Positions 39,119 to 53,078 of a DNA stretch of 64,000 nt are shown piece by piece (position 1 is the first letter of the stretch; every line of letters begins with the position of its first letter). The position numbers were made by a program, and so were the translations under genes. The notes beneath the pieces were generated by a model. It saw nothing but the letters and a program-made list of their open reading frames with translations. It was not told the DNA's origin and made no database searches. This DNA is from Octopus vulgaris (taxonomy: Eukaryota), in the NCBI GenBank assembly GCA_951406725.2, contig OX597818.1, forward strand, positions 129,580,001-129,644,000, read 5' to 3'.

Positions 39119-40619
39119 CTACTTACCCCACAGTAAATATTTAAGTATAGACTGAGTTTTTGAGACCAATTTTATAGGAATATCTAAGAAGTTGAACTCA
39201 AGATCTGCAGGCATTGCCTTGGCCTCATTGTTTAACTTTCTTTAAAGAATGCCTGTGAGATGCTTGACAGCCAAATTCTAGGTTCCAAAAATGACTCAAA
39301 AATGTTTCAATATAAATATGGGTAAATACGCCTATCAGTTTGTAAATTTAAAGATTCCCTAATTTTCTTAACTCAGGTATGACCCCTGAGATATATATAT
39401 ATATTTGCATTTCAGCTCTTGATTTTAATAATTCCCAACCCCTGATCTATGATCTGTATGGCTTCTCGACTTGGAAAAAATTGCTGATGTAGTGTGGATT
39501 TGGGTCACCCTTGCACCACCCTATGAGGTAGTCAAATTAGCCAGTTCCTTAAATGTAACATACCTTCAGCATATGTTTCCCCTACCTCAAAAATGGTTAC
39601 CTTATGTGAACCATGCACCTCACTCTCAATGCTTATACTACTTCAAGAAGCAGTGATGAAATTTCCCCTTACATCCTATTATCTTAAGAAAAATGTTACA
39701 CAACCAAAATTTAAGAGGATTAGCTTGCAAATTTAAAGAAAAAAACATTTCATTTTAAAGAAAGGACTTTTCTTGAAAGTGAAGATAAAATAAGTAGCAA
39801 GACCCAACATTTAGCCCTTATCATAAGCCTAATGAAAAATTATGTTATTTGCATTATAGTTCTAATTAGAAGCAAGCATTTAACATAACGCTTAAAATTA
39901 GTAAGTAAATAGCCCCATTATTTTCAAGTGAGTCTACATACATCAGCAATTCTCATCATTTTAATGCAGCTCTTTGTAGTAGTGGTTCATCAGAGAAAAT
40001 ACAATACTTACTTAGATCTAAGTTTCAAAGCATAAAAATAAACCAAGAAATATTTTGTGCTATAATTCAATATATATTTTAAATGATGTAAACAACATAA
40101 CTGAAGACTTCCTTAATTTAATTTCCTTTCACTTTACATCAAATCAAAAATATCACAAAATCTTTGATAGAAATTCAGTTTAGGTTAGTTATTCTTCTTG
40201 TAAAGTGTTTCACAAGTTCTATTAGGAATTACAATGGTAAAATACATTCTTATATCAATAACCCTAACCCTAACCTGTAACAGTACTGACCATAAAAACT
40301 GCCTGCTAGGTGGTAACTATCTGTCATTAGTATATTATGCCAAAATCTTCAAGAGAAATTTGATTAAATTTAGCTATGTTTTGTGTACATTGCAGGTTCC
40401 ATTAACAATTACAGTATTAAATGACTTTCTAGCATCAATAATTCACTTTCTTCTCCTGCCTGTAGCTGTATTAACTACAACAGTTGTCTACTTGTCCACT
40501 TGATGGCATATGATGGGTGAAGTCATTAGTGTGATGTACCAAATTCTGGGCCAAAGTCTTATACTACATTTACTCAACATAATTTTAAGGTTTGTCTTTG
40601 ATTGCATGGGCAATTTTTT

Positions 40620-40907
40620 CAACTAATCTATATTCTTGAGAGAAAAACACATGTGATTATAATTACTTGGCCAATACTTGAATTTGCACCATTTTATAAG
40701 AATAAATGTTTTCATTCAAGGATGATTTGTGAATTGCATTTGACTGACTTATTCAGGTTATCTCATGCTGATGATTTCTAAAAAGACTGAAATAATACTA
40801 TACATGATTACCAATCACTAAAAGTTTTGGGAACTTTGTAATTAGTAAATATGCATATTCTTGGACATATTTTTCGTTATTCCTTAATTTCAAATTTAGT
40901 CTTTTAA
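40620..40907 (+). repeat. ~290-bp segment duplicated in inverted orientation at 46077-46373
   Basis: Near-identical reverse complement, with a few substitutions and a 9-bp tandem duplication in the second copy. Confidence 0.9.
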
Positions 40908-41239
40908 TCCTCCCAAATTTTATGAAGAAATGATTATCTCCCTTGTATGAACTGTCCACTAAGTGTCTCTGTGTATGTAAGTTTATATATTACTAAAGTT
41001 CAAATGTAAGATCTAAATTTATGTCAAACGCAAACATGATCCTAATAAGTATTATCCAGTTATAGAAATATAAATGTTTAGGAACTGCTAGAAATTTTTA
41101 GAATTTTGTTATATTTTCTGTTTCCACTTTCTAGAAAATCTTGCTCTTTAAATTAACAAAACCACTTTTGATGCTATTTAAAATCTAGGATTTAATATTT
41201 GAAGTAAGACAAGATTAATAACTATTTTGATATTCCCAT

Positions 41240-41635
41240 CACAATGCATTACAGGAGATGGTGGAAAACTCTGGGAAGCAGAAAATGTATGCAAAGTGGG
41301 TTCTTCAGAGGTTGACACATGATTTGAAGGAAAAAGGAGAGGAAGTGTGCTCTGATTTTCTTGAAGCATTTGAGACCAAGGAAAGCACGTCTTTTCCCCT
41401 TTATCTGGTGAACCAATGATTGCCACTAAAGAATCATAATGATTGTTTCTTGAGATGACAAGGATGCCATCCTCTGTGATTTTCTGGAATATGGCTGTAC
41501 TGAGAACTGTGAGCTGTACATACAGACACTCTAAAATCTTAGAGAACCCATGGAGAGGAAGAGACAGAACAAGAATTTGAGAATGATCCACATTCATCAT
41601 CATGATACATGACCTCATACATCTTTGAGCAGGTC
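41240..41635 (+). pseudogene. Decayed mariner transposase fragment
   Basis: KMYAKWVLQRLT (WVP..L motif), ILCDFLEYG, NCELYIQTL, HHHDT*PHTS (resembles HDNARPHTS). Confidence 0.75.
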
Positions 41636-41722
41636 AAGATTATGGACAATGTTTTTATAGATATATCTTCTATTTAGTCTGAGGTATGAGTATTAGTTAT
41701 GATATATATAATATATATAATA

Positions 41723-42143
41723 GGCATAGGAGTGGCTGTGTGGTAAGTAGCTTGCTTACCAACCATATGGTTCCAGGTTCAGTCCCACTGCGTGGCACCT
41801 TGGGCAAGTGTCTTCTACTATAGCCTCGGGCCGACCAAAGCCTTGTGAGTGGATTTGGTTGACGGAAACTGAAAGAAGCCCTTCGTATATATGTATATAT
41901 ATATATATAGATATATGTGTGTGTGTGTATGTTTGTGTGTCTGTGTTTGTCCCCCCAACATCGCTTGAAAACCGATGCTGGTGTGTTTACGTCCCCGTAA
42001 CTTAGCGGTTCGGCAACAGAGACCAATAGAATAAGTACTAGGCTTACAAAGAATAAGTCCTGGGGTCGATTTGCTCGACTAAAGGCGGTGCTCCAGCATG
42101 GCCGCAGTTAACTGACTGAAACATGTAAAAGAGTAAAAGAGTA
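41723..42143 (+). mobile_element. tRNA-derived SINE family A, full copy
   Basis: A box TGGCTGTGTGG, B box GGTTCAGTCC, CORE-like ACCTTGGGCAAGTG, internal TA/TG microsatellite, (GTAAAAGA)n tail. More than 12 copies in the window. Confidence 0.85.
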
Positions 42144-42494
42144 ATATATTATTTAGGACCTACGAGTATACACAGATTTGGATGCATCATAAAATGCATG
42201 CATATACCTACATATGTGGAGGTATGTGGCTTAATGTTCAGAGCATTGGGCTCATGATCGTAAGATTGTGGTTTCAATTCCTGGCCTGAGCGATGCATTG
42301 TGTACTTGAGCAACACACTTCATTTCATGTTGCCCCTCAGCTGGAAAATATGAGTAATTCTGTGATGGACCAGCATCCTGTGGGGAATATATTTGCCATG
42401 GAAACCAGGAAACTGGCCCTTGTGAGTCTATATAACTCGGGTAGGAACTTTACTTTGTTTTTTATATATTTACATACAGATAAGTATACTCTCC

Positions 42495-42838
42495 CTTTTA
42501 CTCTTAACTCTTTTACTTGTTTCAGTCATTTAACTGTGGCCATGCTGGAGCACCACCTTTAGTCGAGCAAATCGACCCCAGGACTTATTCTTTGTAAGCA
42601 TAGTACTTATTTTAATTGTCTCTTTTGCTGAACTGCTAAGTTATGGGGACATAAACACACCAGCACCGGTTGTCAAGTGATGTTGGGGGGACAAACACAG
42701 ACACACAAACATACATACACACACACGCACACACATATATATACATATATATGACAGGCTTCTTTCAGTTTCCATCTACCAAATCTACTCACAAGGCTTT
42801 GGTTGGCCCGAGGCTATAGTAGAAGACACTTATGCCAA
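42495..42838 (-). mobile_element. SINE family A, 5'-truncated
   Basis: Inverted partner of 41723-42143. Confidence 0.8.
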
Positions 42839-42904
42839 GTTTCTCTTCCAATGGTCTTACACACAGACATATGTATGTGTGTGTGTGTGTGTGTGTGTGT
42901 ATAC

Positions 42905-42955
<51 letters not shown>

Positions 42956-43563
42956 AATGTATACACATATGTTAGAGATTTTTTGTAGCTATTTCAGTTG
43001 AGAGTTGGAGAAGTTTTAGATAATTTCTGCAGTAATTCTTTAGTGGAAATCTATAATGATGTTAAAATGATGATGATGATGATGATATATATATACACTT
43101 ATAAAATTCTATGTATTTGTATAATATTTATTCTTCATTGGGCTCTTGTACAGAGAAATATTCTCATTACATTTCCAAGTTAGTTGTTTCTATTGCAAAA
43201 CACACATATTTATAATTTGGGGTTTGTAATACAACATATACATTTGTGAGTACAATAAAACAAAGACAACTATGCAGTCAATGTGTTTTTGTAGACAATC
43301 TAGGAAAAATGCTTCATGGAAGCAGAACATCATGATATTAGCATCAATATAAAATGTGCATATAAGGTTTGTAAATGAATAAGAGAAGAAAACTAGGTGC
43401 AGAAGAAATACTGTACAAACTTATCAATGTATGTCCGTGCATATATTGCAAAGATCTAGAGGACTGAGACTATTGCTGTACCCCTTGTTGAACAAGGTGG
43501 TAGTTAATAATAGTCCAAGCCGAACTTCATCTTCACAATCAATGCTCAGTTGTTGTTCTTTAA

Positions 43564-43772
43564 CCCTTTAGTATTTAAACCGGCTATATCCGGCCAAAAT
43601 ATTTAATCTATTTTATGTTCAAACTGATCAGATCCAGGCTCTCACACCTAGCCTACAATGTTATTCTACATTAAGTAATTGCACCATCAAGATCTTGAAG
43701 ATATGGGAAAATGCATGATTAATTCAAATCAATAGGTATTATGTTTGATAGAATAATCTGAACACTAAAGGG
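43564..43772. mobile_element. piggyBac-type MITE
   Basis: TTAA-CCCTTTAGT...ACTAAAGGG-TTAA; homologous in reverse to 59393-59614. Confidence 0.85.
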
Positions 43773-43920
43773 TTAAAGTTGTTTTAAAACAATGACATCT
43801 TTCGCACACACACACACACACACACACAAATATATTTCTTTCAATTATAGGCACAAGGCTTAAATTTGGGAGGAAGGGGGGTCTAGTCAATTACACTGGT
43901 CGCAGTGCTTGACTAATACT

Positions 43921-44153
43921 TATTTCTTTACTACCTACAAGGGGCTAAACACAGAGAGGACAAACAAGGACAGACAAACAGATTAAGACGATTATATCGA
44001 CCCCAGTGCGTAACTGGTACTTATTTAATCGACCCCGAAAGGATGAAAGGCAAAGTCGACCTCGGCGGAATTTGAACTCAGAACGTAACGGCAGACAAAA
44101 TATGGCTACGCATTTCGCCTGGCGTGCTAACGTTTCTGCCAGTTCGCCACCTT
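43921..44153 (-). mobile_element. Young SINE family B nested in an older B copy
   Basis: TSD ACTAATACTTATT; host copy about 43835-44293. Confidence 0.85.
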
Positions 44154-44400
44154 AACTAATACTTATTCTATTAACCCCAAAAGGATGAAAAAAAGTTGGC
44201 CTCAGCAGTATTCGAACTCAGAATGAATAGAGCCAGCAGAAACGCTGATAAGCATTTTGCAATGTGCAAATGAGTCTACCCGCTTGCTGCCTTGAAATGG
44301 TTTCAAATTTCAGCACAAGCCCAGCAATTTTAAAGGAAGGGCTAAGTTGATTATATCAACCCCCAGGGTGCAACTGGTATATATTTTATCAACACAATAA

Positions 44401-44632
44401 AAGGCGGCAAGCTGGCAGAAACGTTAGCATGCCGGGCAAAATGCGTTGCCGTATTTCGTCTGCCGTTACGTTCCGAGTTCAAATTCCGCCGAGGTCGACT
44501 TTGCCTTTCATCCTTCCGGGGTCGATAAATTAAGTACCAGTTACGCACTGTGGTCGATGTAATCGACTTAATCCGTTTGTCTGTCCTTGTTTGTCTCCTC
44601 TGTGTTTAGCCCCTTGTGGGTAGTAACGAAAT
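44401..44632 (+). mobile_element. Young SINE family B nested in an older B copy
   Basis: TSD ATATATTTTATCAACACA; host copy about 44297-44760. Confidence 0.85.
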
Positions 44633-45229
44633 ATATATTTTATCAACACACTGAAAGGATGAAAATCAACATTGACCTTGGTGGAATTGGAATTTAGAAC
44701 ACAGAGTGCCAGAAGAATTGGTGTGAAGCATTTTGTCTGACTTGGTAACAATTCTACCCCTTTGTCATCTTTTTTTTACATATCACAACGAATGCTATAA
44801 ACAATTATCATTAATTGTTAATTTACTTACTAAATATTGCACAAAATTGCATCAATAACGTTTTCTGTAAAGAACCAGTTATTTTATATTTGTAAGTTTA
44901 ACTGTCTGCTTTTCTATAGATAACAAAAAGATTATTTCTAGATTATTTGTAAGATGTCCAGCAGGCAGAATTGTTAGCACCCAGGCAAAGTGCTTAGAGG
45001 CATTTTGTCTGTCTTTATATTCTGAGTTTAAATTCCACTGAAGTCGACTTTGCCCTTCACCCTTTTAGGGTGGATAAAATAAGTACCATTTGAGTACTAG
45101 GATCAATGTAATCAACTTTCCCTCTCCCCTAAGATTGCTGGCCTTCTTCCAAAATTTAAAATTAATATTTCTAGATTATTTGGTAGTTACTCATAACAGT
45201 TAGTTAAGCCGAAGCTATATGAAATAGTG

Positions 45230-45455
45230 GCGAACTGGCAGAAACGTTAGCATGCCGGGCGAAATGCGGAGCCGTATTTCGTCTGCCGTTACATTCTGGG
45301 TTCAAATTCCGCCGAGGTCGACTTTGCCTTTCATCCTTTCGGGGTCGATAAATTAAGTACCAGTTACGCACTGGAGTCGATGTAATCAACTTAATCCCTT
45401 TGTCTGTCCTTGTTTGTCCCCTCTGTGTTTAGCCCCTTGTGGGTAGTAAAGAAAT
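45230..45455 (+). mobile_element. Young SINE family B
   Basis: Family match; imperfect TSD TATAT(G/A)AAATAGTG. Confidence 0.85.
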
Positions 45456-45508
45456 ATATATAAAATAGTGTTTTTTTCTCTCACTCTTGCTTTTTTTTCT
45501 TTTTTTCT

Positions 45509-45669
45509 CAGGAGGGGTGGACTGAGAATATTAAGGGCCCTCGGGCATAACTGTTTACTGGGCCCCTTTGAATGTGTGTTTTATTAGAGCTATCATGTAG
45601 AGTGCAGGCCCCTCAGAGTTCCGGGCCCTCGGGCAGTGTCCAATTGATCTACAGTTCAGTCCACTCCTG
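45509..45669. mobile_element. Short MITE with CAGG-type termini (hAT-like)
   Basis: CAGGAG(GGG)TGGACTGA ... TCAGTCCACTCCTG with internal GGGCCC repeats; no clean 8-bp TSD. Confidence 0.55.
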
Positions 45670-46076
45670 TTTCTCGGAAACAGAAATGAATATAACAAAA
45701 GTTTCTTTTATAAATTATTTGCAGAAGGACAGACAATGACTACAATGGTTATTTGCCCAGAGAGTTTGGTGAGATTTATGCATTCAATTTTTAACTTGAA
45801 CATCTTTAGGACACACGGACAAGGAATGTTTTATAGGAAGATACAGTTCTGGGGAGAGCAGATTCAAGGAAATCTATCATGTGTGTGAGTGGTCTGGAAA
45901 GTGCAACACAAGATGGCAACTTCAGAGGGAATGTGAGTGGGATGAGTAGGATTGAGGGGAGGGTTCTTTTGTTTTAAGTCTATTTTTCCATGTTAACATG
46001 AGTTAGTTACATACATATCACTGAGGCATTGTACTACAATGGATACTTTTTCCTATTACTAACCCATACCTGCTTT

Positions 46077-46373
46077 TTAAAAGACTGAATTTGAAATTAA
46101 GGAATAACGAAAAATATGTCCAAAAATATACATATTTACTATATTTACTAATTACAAAGTTCCCAAAACTTTTAGTGATTGGTAATCATGTATAGTATTA
46201 TTTCAGTCTCTTTAGAAATCATCAGCATGAGATAACCTGAAGAAGTCAGTCAAATGCAATTCACAAATCATCCTTGAATGAAAACATTTATTCTTATAAA
46301 ATGGTGCAAATTCAAGTATTGGCCAAGTAATTATAATCACATGTGTTTTTCTCTCAAGAATATAGATTAGTTG
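46077..46373 (-). repeat. Inverted duplicate of 40620-40907
   Basis: Reverse complement of 40620-40907. Confidence 0.9.
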
Positions 46374-46761
46374 TACCCACCTTTGAGAGTGTAGAGCTTA
46401 CTGAATGAGTTATTTGCATGAAATGTCAACAAATGTCAACGTTTATACCTCAAGCCAGGATGTAAACATTCACATATGTCCACATGTGCACATATACATG
46501 ATGGACTGTGTCTGGTTTCTCCAACCAATTTCACTAGTAAGGCATTGATCAACTTGAAAGTAAATTAGAAGATACTCATCCAAAGTGCTGCACAGTGAAC
46601 TGAACTCAAAACCTTGTGGTTTAGAAATGACCATCTGAACCACATAGCCATATCTGTACCTCAAAGCCATGCATGTGCCTTTAGTTATGCAGTTATTTGT
46701 AGTTAAGGGGCATAAAGGTCACTGTAGTAATAATAGAAGAAATGATATGAAACAAAGAGGT

Positions 46762-47156
46762 ACTCTTTTACTTGTTTCAGTCATTTGACTGTGGCCATGC
46801 TGAAGCACTGCCATTAGTCGAGCAAATCGACCCCAGGACTTCTTCTTTGTAAGCCTAGTACTTATGCTATTGGTCTCTTTTGCCGAATTGCTAAGTTACG
46901 GGGATGTAAACACACCAGCATCGGTTGTCAAGCGATGTTGCGGGAGACAACACAGACACACAAACATATACACACACACATACATATATACATATATACG
47001 ACGGGCTTCTTTCAGTTTCCATCTACCAAATACACTCACAAGGTTTTGGTCATCCCGAGGCTATAGTAGAAGACACTTGCCCAAGGTGCCATGCAGTGGG
47101 ACTGAACCTGGAACCATGTGGTTCGTAAGCAAACTGCTTACCACAAGGCCACTCCT
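46762..47156 (-). mobile_element. SINE family A
   Basis: Match to the family consensus. Confidence 0.82.
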
Positions 47157-47385
47157 AATCATTATAAAGCAATCCAGTGGCCCTTCTTTTCAAGGATATT
47201 AAGCTGATTTAAACAGATCACTCACAAGCAGATAGTCAAATACATTACCTACTTGGTCAGCTTTCCTTCTGCCAAAATATATTGAGAAACACATGAATTG
47301 GGGAACACAAAAATAATGAATAAAATTGGTGTGCAACGTGATTTTTTCATGTTTATCTGATGGGGTGGGAAAGGAAACATAAATT

Positions 47386-47405
47386 CTATTATTATTATTT
47401 TTTCC

Positions 47406-47454
<49 letters not shown>

Positions 47455-47471
47455 CATTATTATTATTATTA

Positions 47472-47509
<38 letters not shown>

Positions 47510-47551
47510 ATAATTATTATCATCATCATTATTATTATTATTATTATTATC

Positions 47552-47587
<36 letters not shown>

Positions 47588-47600
47588 GTTATTATTATTT
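47386..47600 (+). repeat. (TTA/TCA)n microsatellite
   Basis: Directly visible. Confidence 0.95.
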
Positions 47601-48520
47601 TGCCTTTAATTTTTGTGTTTTATTCAGTTTTTCTTATTATTCTGACAATATGTATTGTTTTTAAGATAACGCTTAGAAAAAAAAAATGAAAGGAATGAGA
47701 TGGAAAATGCAATTGAGAAAGAAATATATTAACAAGTCATACACACACACACACACACAAAAAAAAAAAACACCACCAACCAAAAGCTAAAATAATACCA
47801 TCCCCCCCATCAAAAAATGTATATTCAGAGAAAGTGGGGAAGAAGAAGAAGAAGAAAGAGGAGAAGAAGAAGAAGAGGAAGAAGATGAGGAGGAGGAGGA
47901 AGGAGAAGAAGAAGAAGAAAAAGAACGAAAACTGAGTATTTCTAATGATCAATGTGTTTTAATTGATTCGTTTCCTTGCAATGTGCTAAGAGGTTAAAAT
48001 GTTATTCAAATTAAGGTAATACACAATGCAATGAGAAGTCATTTTAGTCTTATAATTTTTTTTTTTTTTTTTAAGCAAAGTTCTTAATATAAAAACAAAA
48101 GCTCTCCCAGATGAAGGAATCGAGAAACATTTCAAAGAGGCAAGTTCCGAAAGAAAATATGCAAATTAACATCTAGCTATGTTGTTGTTGCTGTTCATTT
48201 TTTTTTTCATTTTATTTTATTTTATTTCTTTCCAAACTATTTTCTACCCATGATTCGATTAGCTCATTTTTTCCTTATTTTTTTTTATTCATGTTCTTAA
48301 ATATGACTTTTTATAAAAAAATTATTATTATAATTTTTTCATTTACCATTTTCATTGAAAAAGCAACTATGTATGTGTGTATTTGCGGTATAGAATTTTA
48401 TGTATGTATATGTAGGTGTGTCCATGTATAATCATATATATAAAGATATAGAGATATATATAGACACACATATACATACATACATACATACATACATACA
48501 TACATACATACGTACGTACA

Positions 48521-48554
<34 letters not shown>

Positions 48555-49904
48555 ACACACATACTTGTGCAGCTGTGTGTATGTAGGTGTGCATATCAAT
48601 GTATATGGAATGCTTTCTGATTTTTTATTCTCTTTATGCTATTGTAGTTTCAAAGGAAAGTTTATAAGTCTCTTTTTCATCATGTTCTGCCATGCGGGAA
48701 TCAATACATGTGACTGTGTGCTCGCATATATGGGTGCACCACTTCATGCACATTTATGTGCATGTGTGTATACTGCCAGTATATGTATATGTTTTTGTGC
48801 ACACTAACAAACATACATACATACACATACATATACATATATAATTATATACACACACACACACATATATATATATACATACACACACACATATACACAC
48901 ACATACATACATATATATATATTCACACACATGCACACATATTTTGTATTTGAATATTTCAGTATATTTGTGCAATTTTGTGTCCATTGGTATGATGTTG
49001 GATGCATATGTTTATTGGGGTGTGTTTATGGGTATATAAGGAGGCGTGTACATGTGAGGAATACGATAGAATACTCAATTCAAATGATAACACGATCACT
49101 TTATTTACTCAATTGTTTGTGTTGTTATTTTCATCATCATCATATCATTATTATTATTTTTGTTATTATTATTATTATTAATATGATTATTATTTTTATT
49201 ATTATTATTATTATTATTAATATATTTATTTATTTATTTATTTACTTTTTGCAACAGCTAAATTGCACACTTTTTTCATTTATGATATATATTTTATTAT
49301 GTTTTTTAAAAAATTTTTTTTTTTGCTTTGCTTGTTTTTTAAACATTTTCTACATGAACAAAAGTTTAAAAAGAGGTGAAGTAAAAAAAACCAAAAAATA
49401 AGGCAGACTAAGTCAGAAGATGTCCTAATAAAAAAAAAAGAAAAGAAAAAAGTTTCTTTTGTCTCCAAAAATATTTTCAAACACGTAAAAAACTGGTAGA
49501 AAGATTAAAAAAAAAAAAAAGAAAATGAAGAGAAACCTCAAATTAAAGATAACATGAAAAAGATTAAAAAATATACTTTATAAATAATAAAAAAATTATG
49601 AAAAATTAATTTAGGAAACATGGTATTGAGTAAAAATGAAGGTGAAAATACAAAATAAAGAATGCATTGGAATTTAGAAAACATAAATAAATAAATAAAA
49701 GAACATCCCTTGTGTTTTAGAAGCTAATTTCAAATCATCATTTGTTTTCTATTTTCTTTCTTATATTCATTTTTGTTCTTCAACAGCAAAAAGAATAGTT
49801 CTTCAAAACTTTAAGAATATACCAAGTTGAATAGTTTCTAGTTGTTGTGTTGTATTTCTTCTATGGACACAAACATGCACATTAATGTTATATATGTATG
49901 TGCC

Positions 49905-50090
49905 CCCTGATTGGCACCTGTACCATCCGAACATAATGAAAGACAGATAATTTCAGCCGAAGTTCAAGATGACCTTGTCAGCTGCACAAGGTGCTGGTCA
50001 CCGGGTTTGGATGGTCTGCCCTACGAGCTTTACGTAAATATGCCAAAATTGTTCTGGCAGCAGAACGGGAGTATTCCCAGTTCTGTGAGC
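49905..50090 (+). pseudogene. Short L1/Tx1-type RT fragment
   Basis: SPGLDGLPYELY...WQQNGSIPSS matches the start of a non-LTR RT domain. Confidence 0.65.
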
Positions 50091-50099
50091 CTGATAGGC

Positions 50100-50290
50100 T
50101 CCAGTGCTGGTAGCACATAAAATGCACCCATGACATTCTTGGAGTGGTTGGCATTTGGAAGGGCATCCAGCTGTAGAAACCTCGCCAGATCAGATTGGAG
50201 CCTGGTGTAGCCTACTGGCTTGCAAGTCCTCAGTCAAACTGTCCAACCCATGCCAGCATGGAAAGTGGACATTAAACGATGATGATGATA
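50100..50290 (+). mobile_element. RTE 3'-UTR-derived short copy
   Basis: GAGTGGTTGGCATTTGGAAGGGCATCCAGCTGTAGAAAC...AAACGATGATGAT. Confidence 0.75.
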
Positions 50291-50549
50291 AATGATAATT
50301 TGATATGGATGCATGTTTTGATATGAATGCATGTTTTGCAGGCTTTTTGCAGAAACCTAGCTTGTTCAGGTTCAGATTATTGAATCTGTAATCTGAGCCT
50401 GAATGAGTAAGGTCTCTGTAAGGAGTATTTGAAACTTTAAGCCACGTGCAGTTGAATCAAACAGTTTTAAAAAATAATATATCTAACTTTTACTAAATCT
50501 GTTGCATTCCTATTTCTTTTGACTGTCCACTCACTCATATATATATGAT

Positions 50550-50589
<40 letters not shown>

Positions 50590-50776
50590 TATGTATACGA
50601 ATATCAAACAGTGACAAGTGCTTGACACCACTTGTGAATAACTGTTCTTAATTAGTTAATAAGATGGAGATAAGTATCAATGTCCAAATGTAGCAGGCTT
50701 GACAACTGCTGAGAATTCTTGACATGAAACCAGTGGCTGTCTTGTTAATCAACAAATAATATATATATATATATAT

Positions 50777-51150
50777 ATCACCTTGATCACCTTGACCGAC
50801 CAGTCCGTCAGGCGTCCATTTGACACTGCTGGTCACAGCATGCTGTCCACTCCTCTCTGGATCGCGCTTTTCTCATCTACGTGATCCCAATCGTCCTCCT
50901 GAAATCGTAACTCCACCATCATGGAGGTCTTCCGAGTGGTCTTTTCCGCTTGCACGGGCACCACTCAGCAACAGCGTGGGTCCACCGATTATCGGTGAGC
51001 CAGGCGACGTGTCCAGCCATCTATACTTGCTGCGTGTATGCTCTGCAATGACATCTCTCACGCCGGACTTCTTTCTGATGATCTCGCTACTGATGTGCTC
51101 TCTCAACGAGATACCAAGCATTGACCTTTCCATTGACCTTTCCATTGACC

Positions 51151-51155
<5 letters not shown>
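50777..51155 (-). mobile_element. 5'-truncated RTE-clade LINE of a second family, in (TA)n
   Basis: MERSMLGISLREHISSEIIRKKSGVRDVI...KYRW, then DNRW and KRPLGRPP in a shifted frame; 3' tail (CAAGGTGAT)2. Confidence 0.8.
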
Positions 51156-51188
<33 letters not shown>

Positions 51189-51849
51189 GTATATGTATAT
51201 GTATGTATGTATGTGTGATGTGTTTGCTTAATGTTATTATATGGTTTATATGATATGTATCTATACTACATATAGGTAGATATAATGTTGCACACACACA
51301 TGCACACCCACACAAACATTAAAGCCACTATACATGGTAATGGAACATAATGCTCGAAATTGTAGCCAACAGTCTAATTACGTATTGCATGAACTAAAGG
51401 TGGATGAAACTGTGCCCCTCTCTGGAACTAGCTTGAGAATTGTAATTCATGACTATAATTCATTGAATGATTCCTGCCACTGGTCTATGTAACTATAGAA
51501 TTGCTGGAAAATATCCTTTAAATAACCAATACTTGAGAAGGAATTTCATCTATAAATGCTCAGTTACCACTAATAATAAAACTTTTTATTAAATAAGGAC
51601 CACATTATTTCCATTTAAATGGAGATTATATAAACATGTCTACTTGTTCAAGGACCTAATTAAGTTTTCTGTAGTAGAGTGAAATAATTCATAAGTTCAC
51701 CTATTAAATACTTGGCAATATCTATGCTGAGGTGGAAAATTTTTCTTAAAATTAAAAAAAATAATAATTTATGACAATTTTGCTTTAACATTTAAGGAAA
51801 ATGGAACATTATACCAAACAATATTCTGGTTTCTGTTTTTTCAAGCACA

Positions 51850-52025
51850 AAGCACCCACTACACTCACGGAGTGGTTGGCGTTAGGAAGGGCATCCAGCT
51901 GTAGAAACATTGCCAGATTAGACTGGAGCCTGGTGCAGCCTTCTGGCTCCCCAGAACCCCGGTCGAACCGTCCAACCCATGCTAGCATGGAGAACGGACG
52001 TTAAACGATGATGATGATGATGATG
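51850..52025 (+). mobile_element. RTE 3'-UTR-derived short copy
   Basis: Same motifs and (GAT)n tail. Confidence 0.75.
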
Positions 52026-52238
52026 AAAGCATTGGTAAAGTATTATTAGTTGAAATAGTGTGAGCATCTTTGTTTAATTTAGATCATACATTAGTGTTAA
52101 ATAATAAATAATACATCAGCATTTTTAGACTGGAAAATATCATGAATATTAATCATTACTGGTCTGAACAGCACTGACCAACAACAACAACATCATCATC
52201 ATTAAAATTTCTAGACCCCTACTTAAATCAGAAAAAAC

Positions 52239-52283
<45 letters not shown>

Positions 52284-53078
52284 TTCTTCTTCTTCTTATT
52301 ATTATTATTATTATTACTATAATAATTATTATTAAGGTGGCAAACTGGTAGAATTGTTCGTTCACTGGGAAAACTGCATAGCAGAATTTCGTCCATCTTT
52401 ATTTCCTGAGTTCAAATTCTGCTGAAGCCATCTTTGCCTTTCATATTTTTGGGGTCGCTATAACAAGTTGAGCACTGGGGTCGATGTAATCAACTTTCTC
52501 CCAAATTGTTGGTTTTGTACCAAAATGTGAAACCATTATCATCATCGTAATCATTATTATTATTATTATTATTATTAATGATAAGGAAGATAATTTCAGG
52601 TTACATTTTATAAATAGATAATTTATCACTAGCTGATAGTATTAAGTCAATAAATTATGTCAAGGATTAAAAGATTAAAACAGAGCAACAATTTATGACA
52701 ATAATTTAAGATATTTAATTACTTATGGTTTATGAATTCCTGATTTGTAAAATTGTGAGCCACTTTGCGTTAAATAGAGAAAAAAATTGCAAACTCAAAA
52801 CTGTAATTTTTGGTCATACATATGTACATATATACATATATGTTTGTTTGCACCTCAAGTTATAATAAACACCATTTTTACTTTAAGCAGAAAGATTACT
52901 TGATACTTTTTGCAGAGTATGAATTTATTATTCTGTAAAAAAGGGACAGTGACTTCGAAGCTTCTGCCTGCTTAGCCTTAATTGGACAGTCTGATGAATG
53001 CTAAGCAGGCCAAAACATTGAAGTTAATGTCAACACTGTTCTTATTAAAGAATAATATATATAGAATAATAATATATA

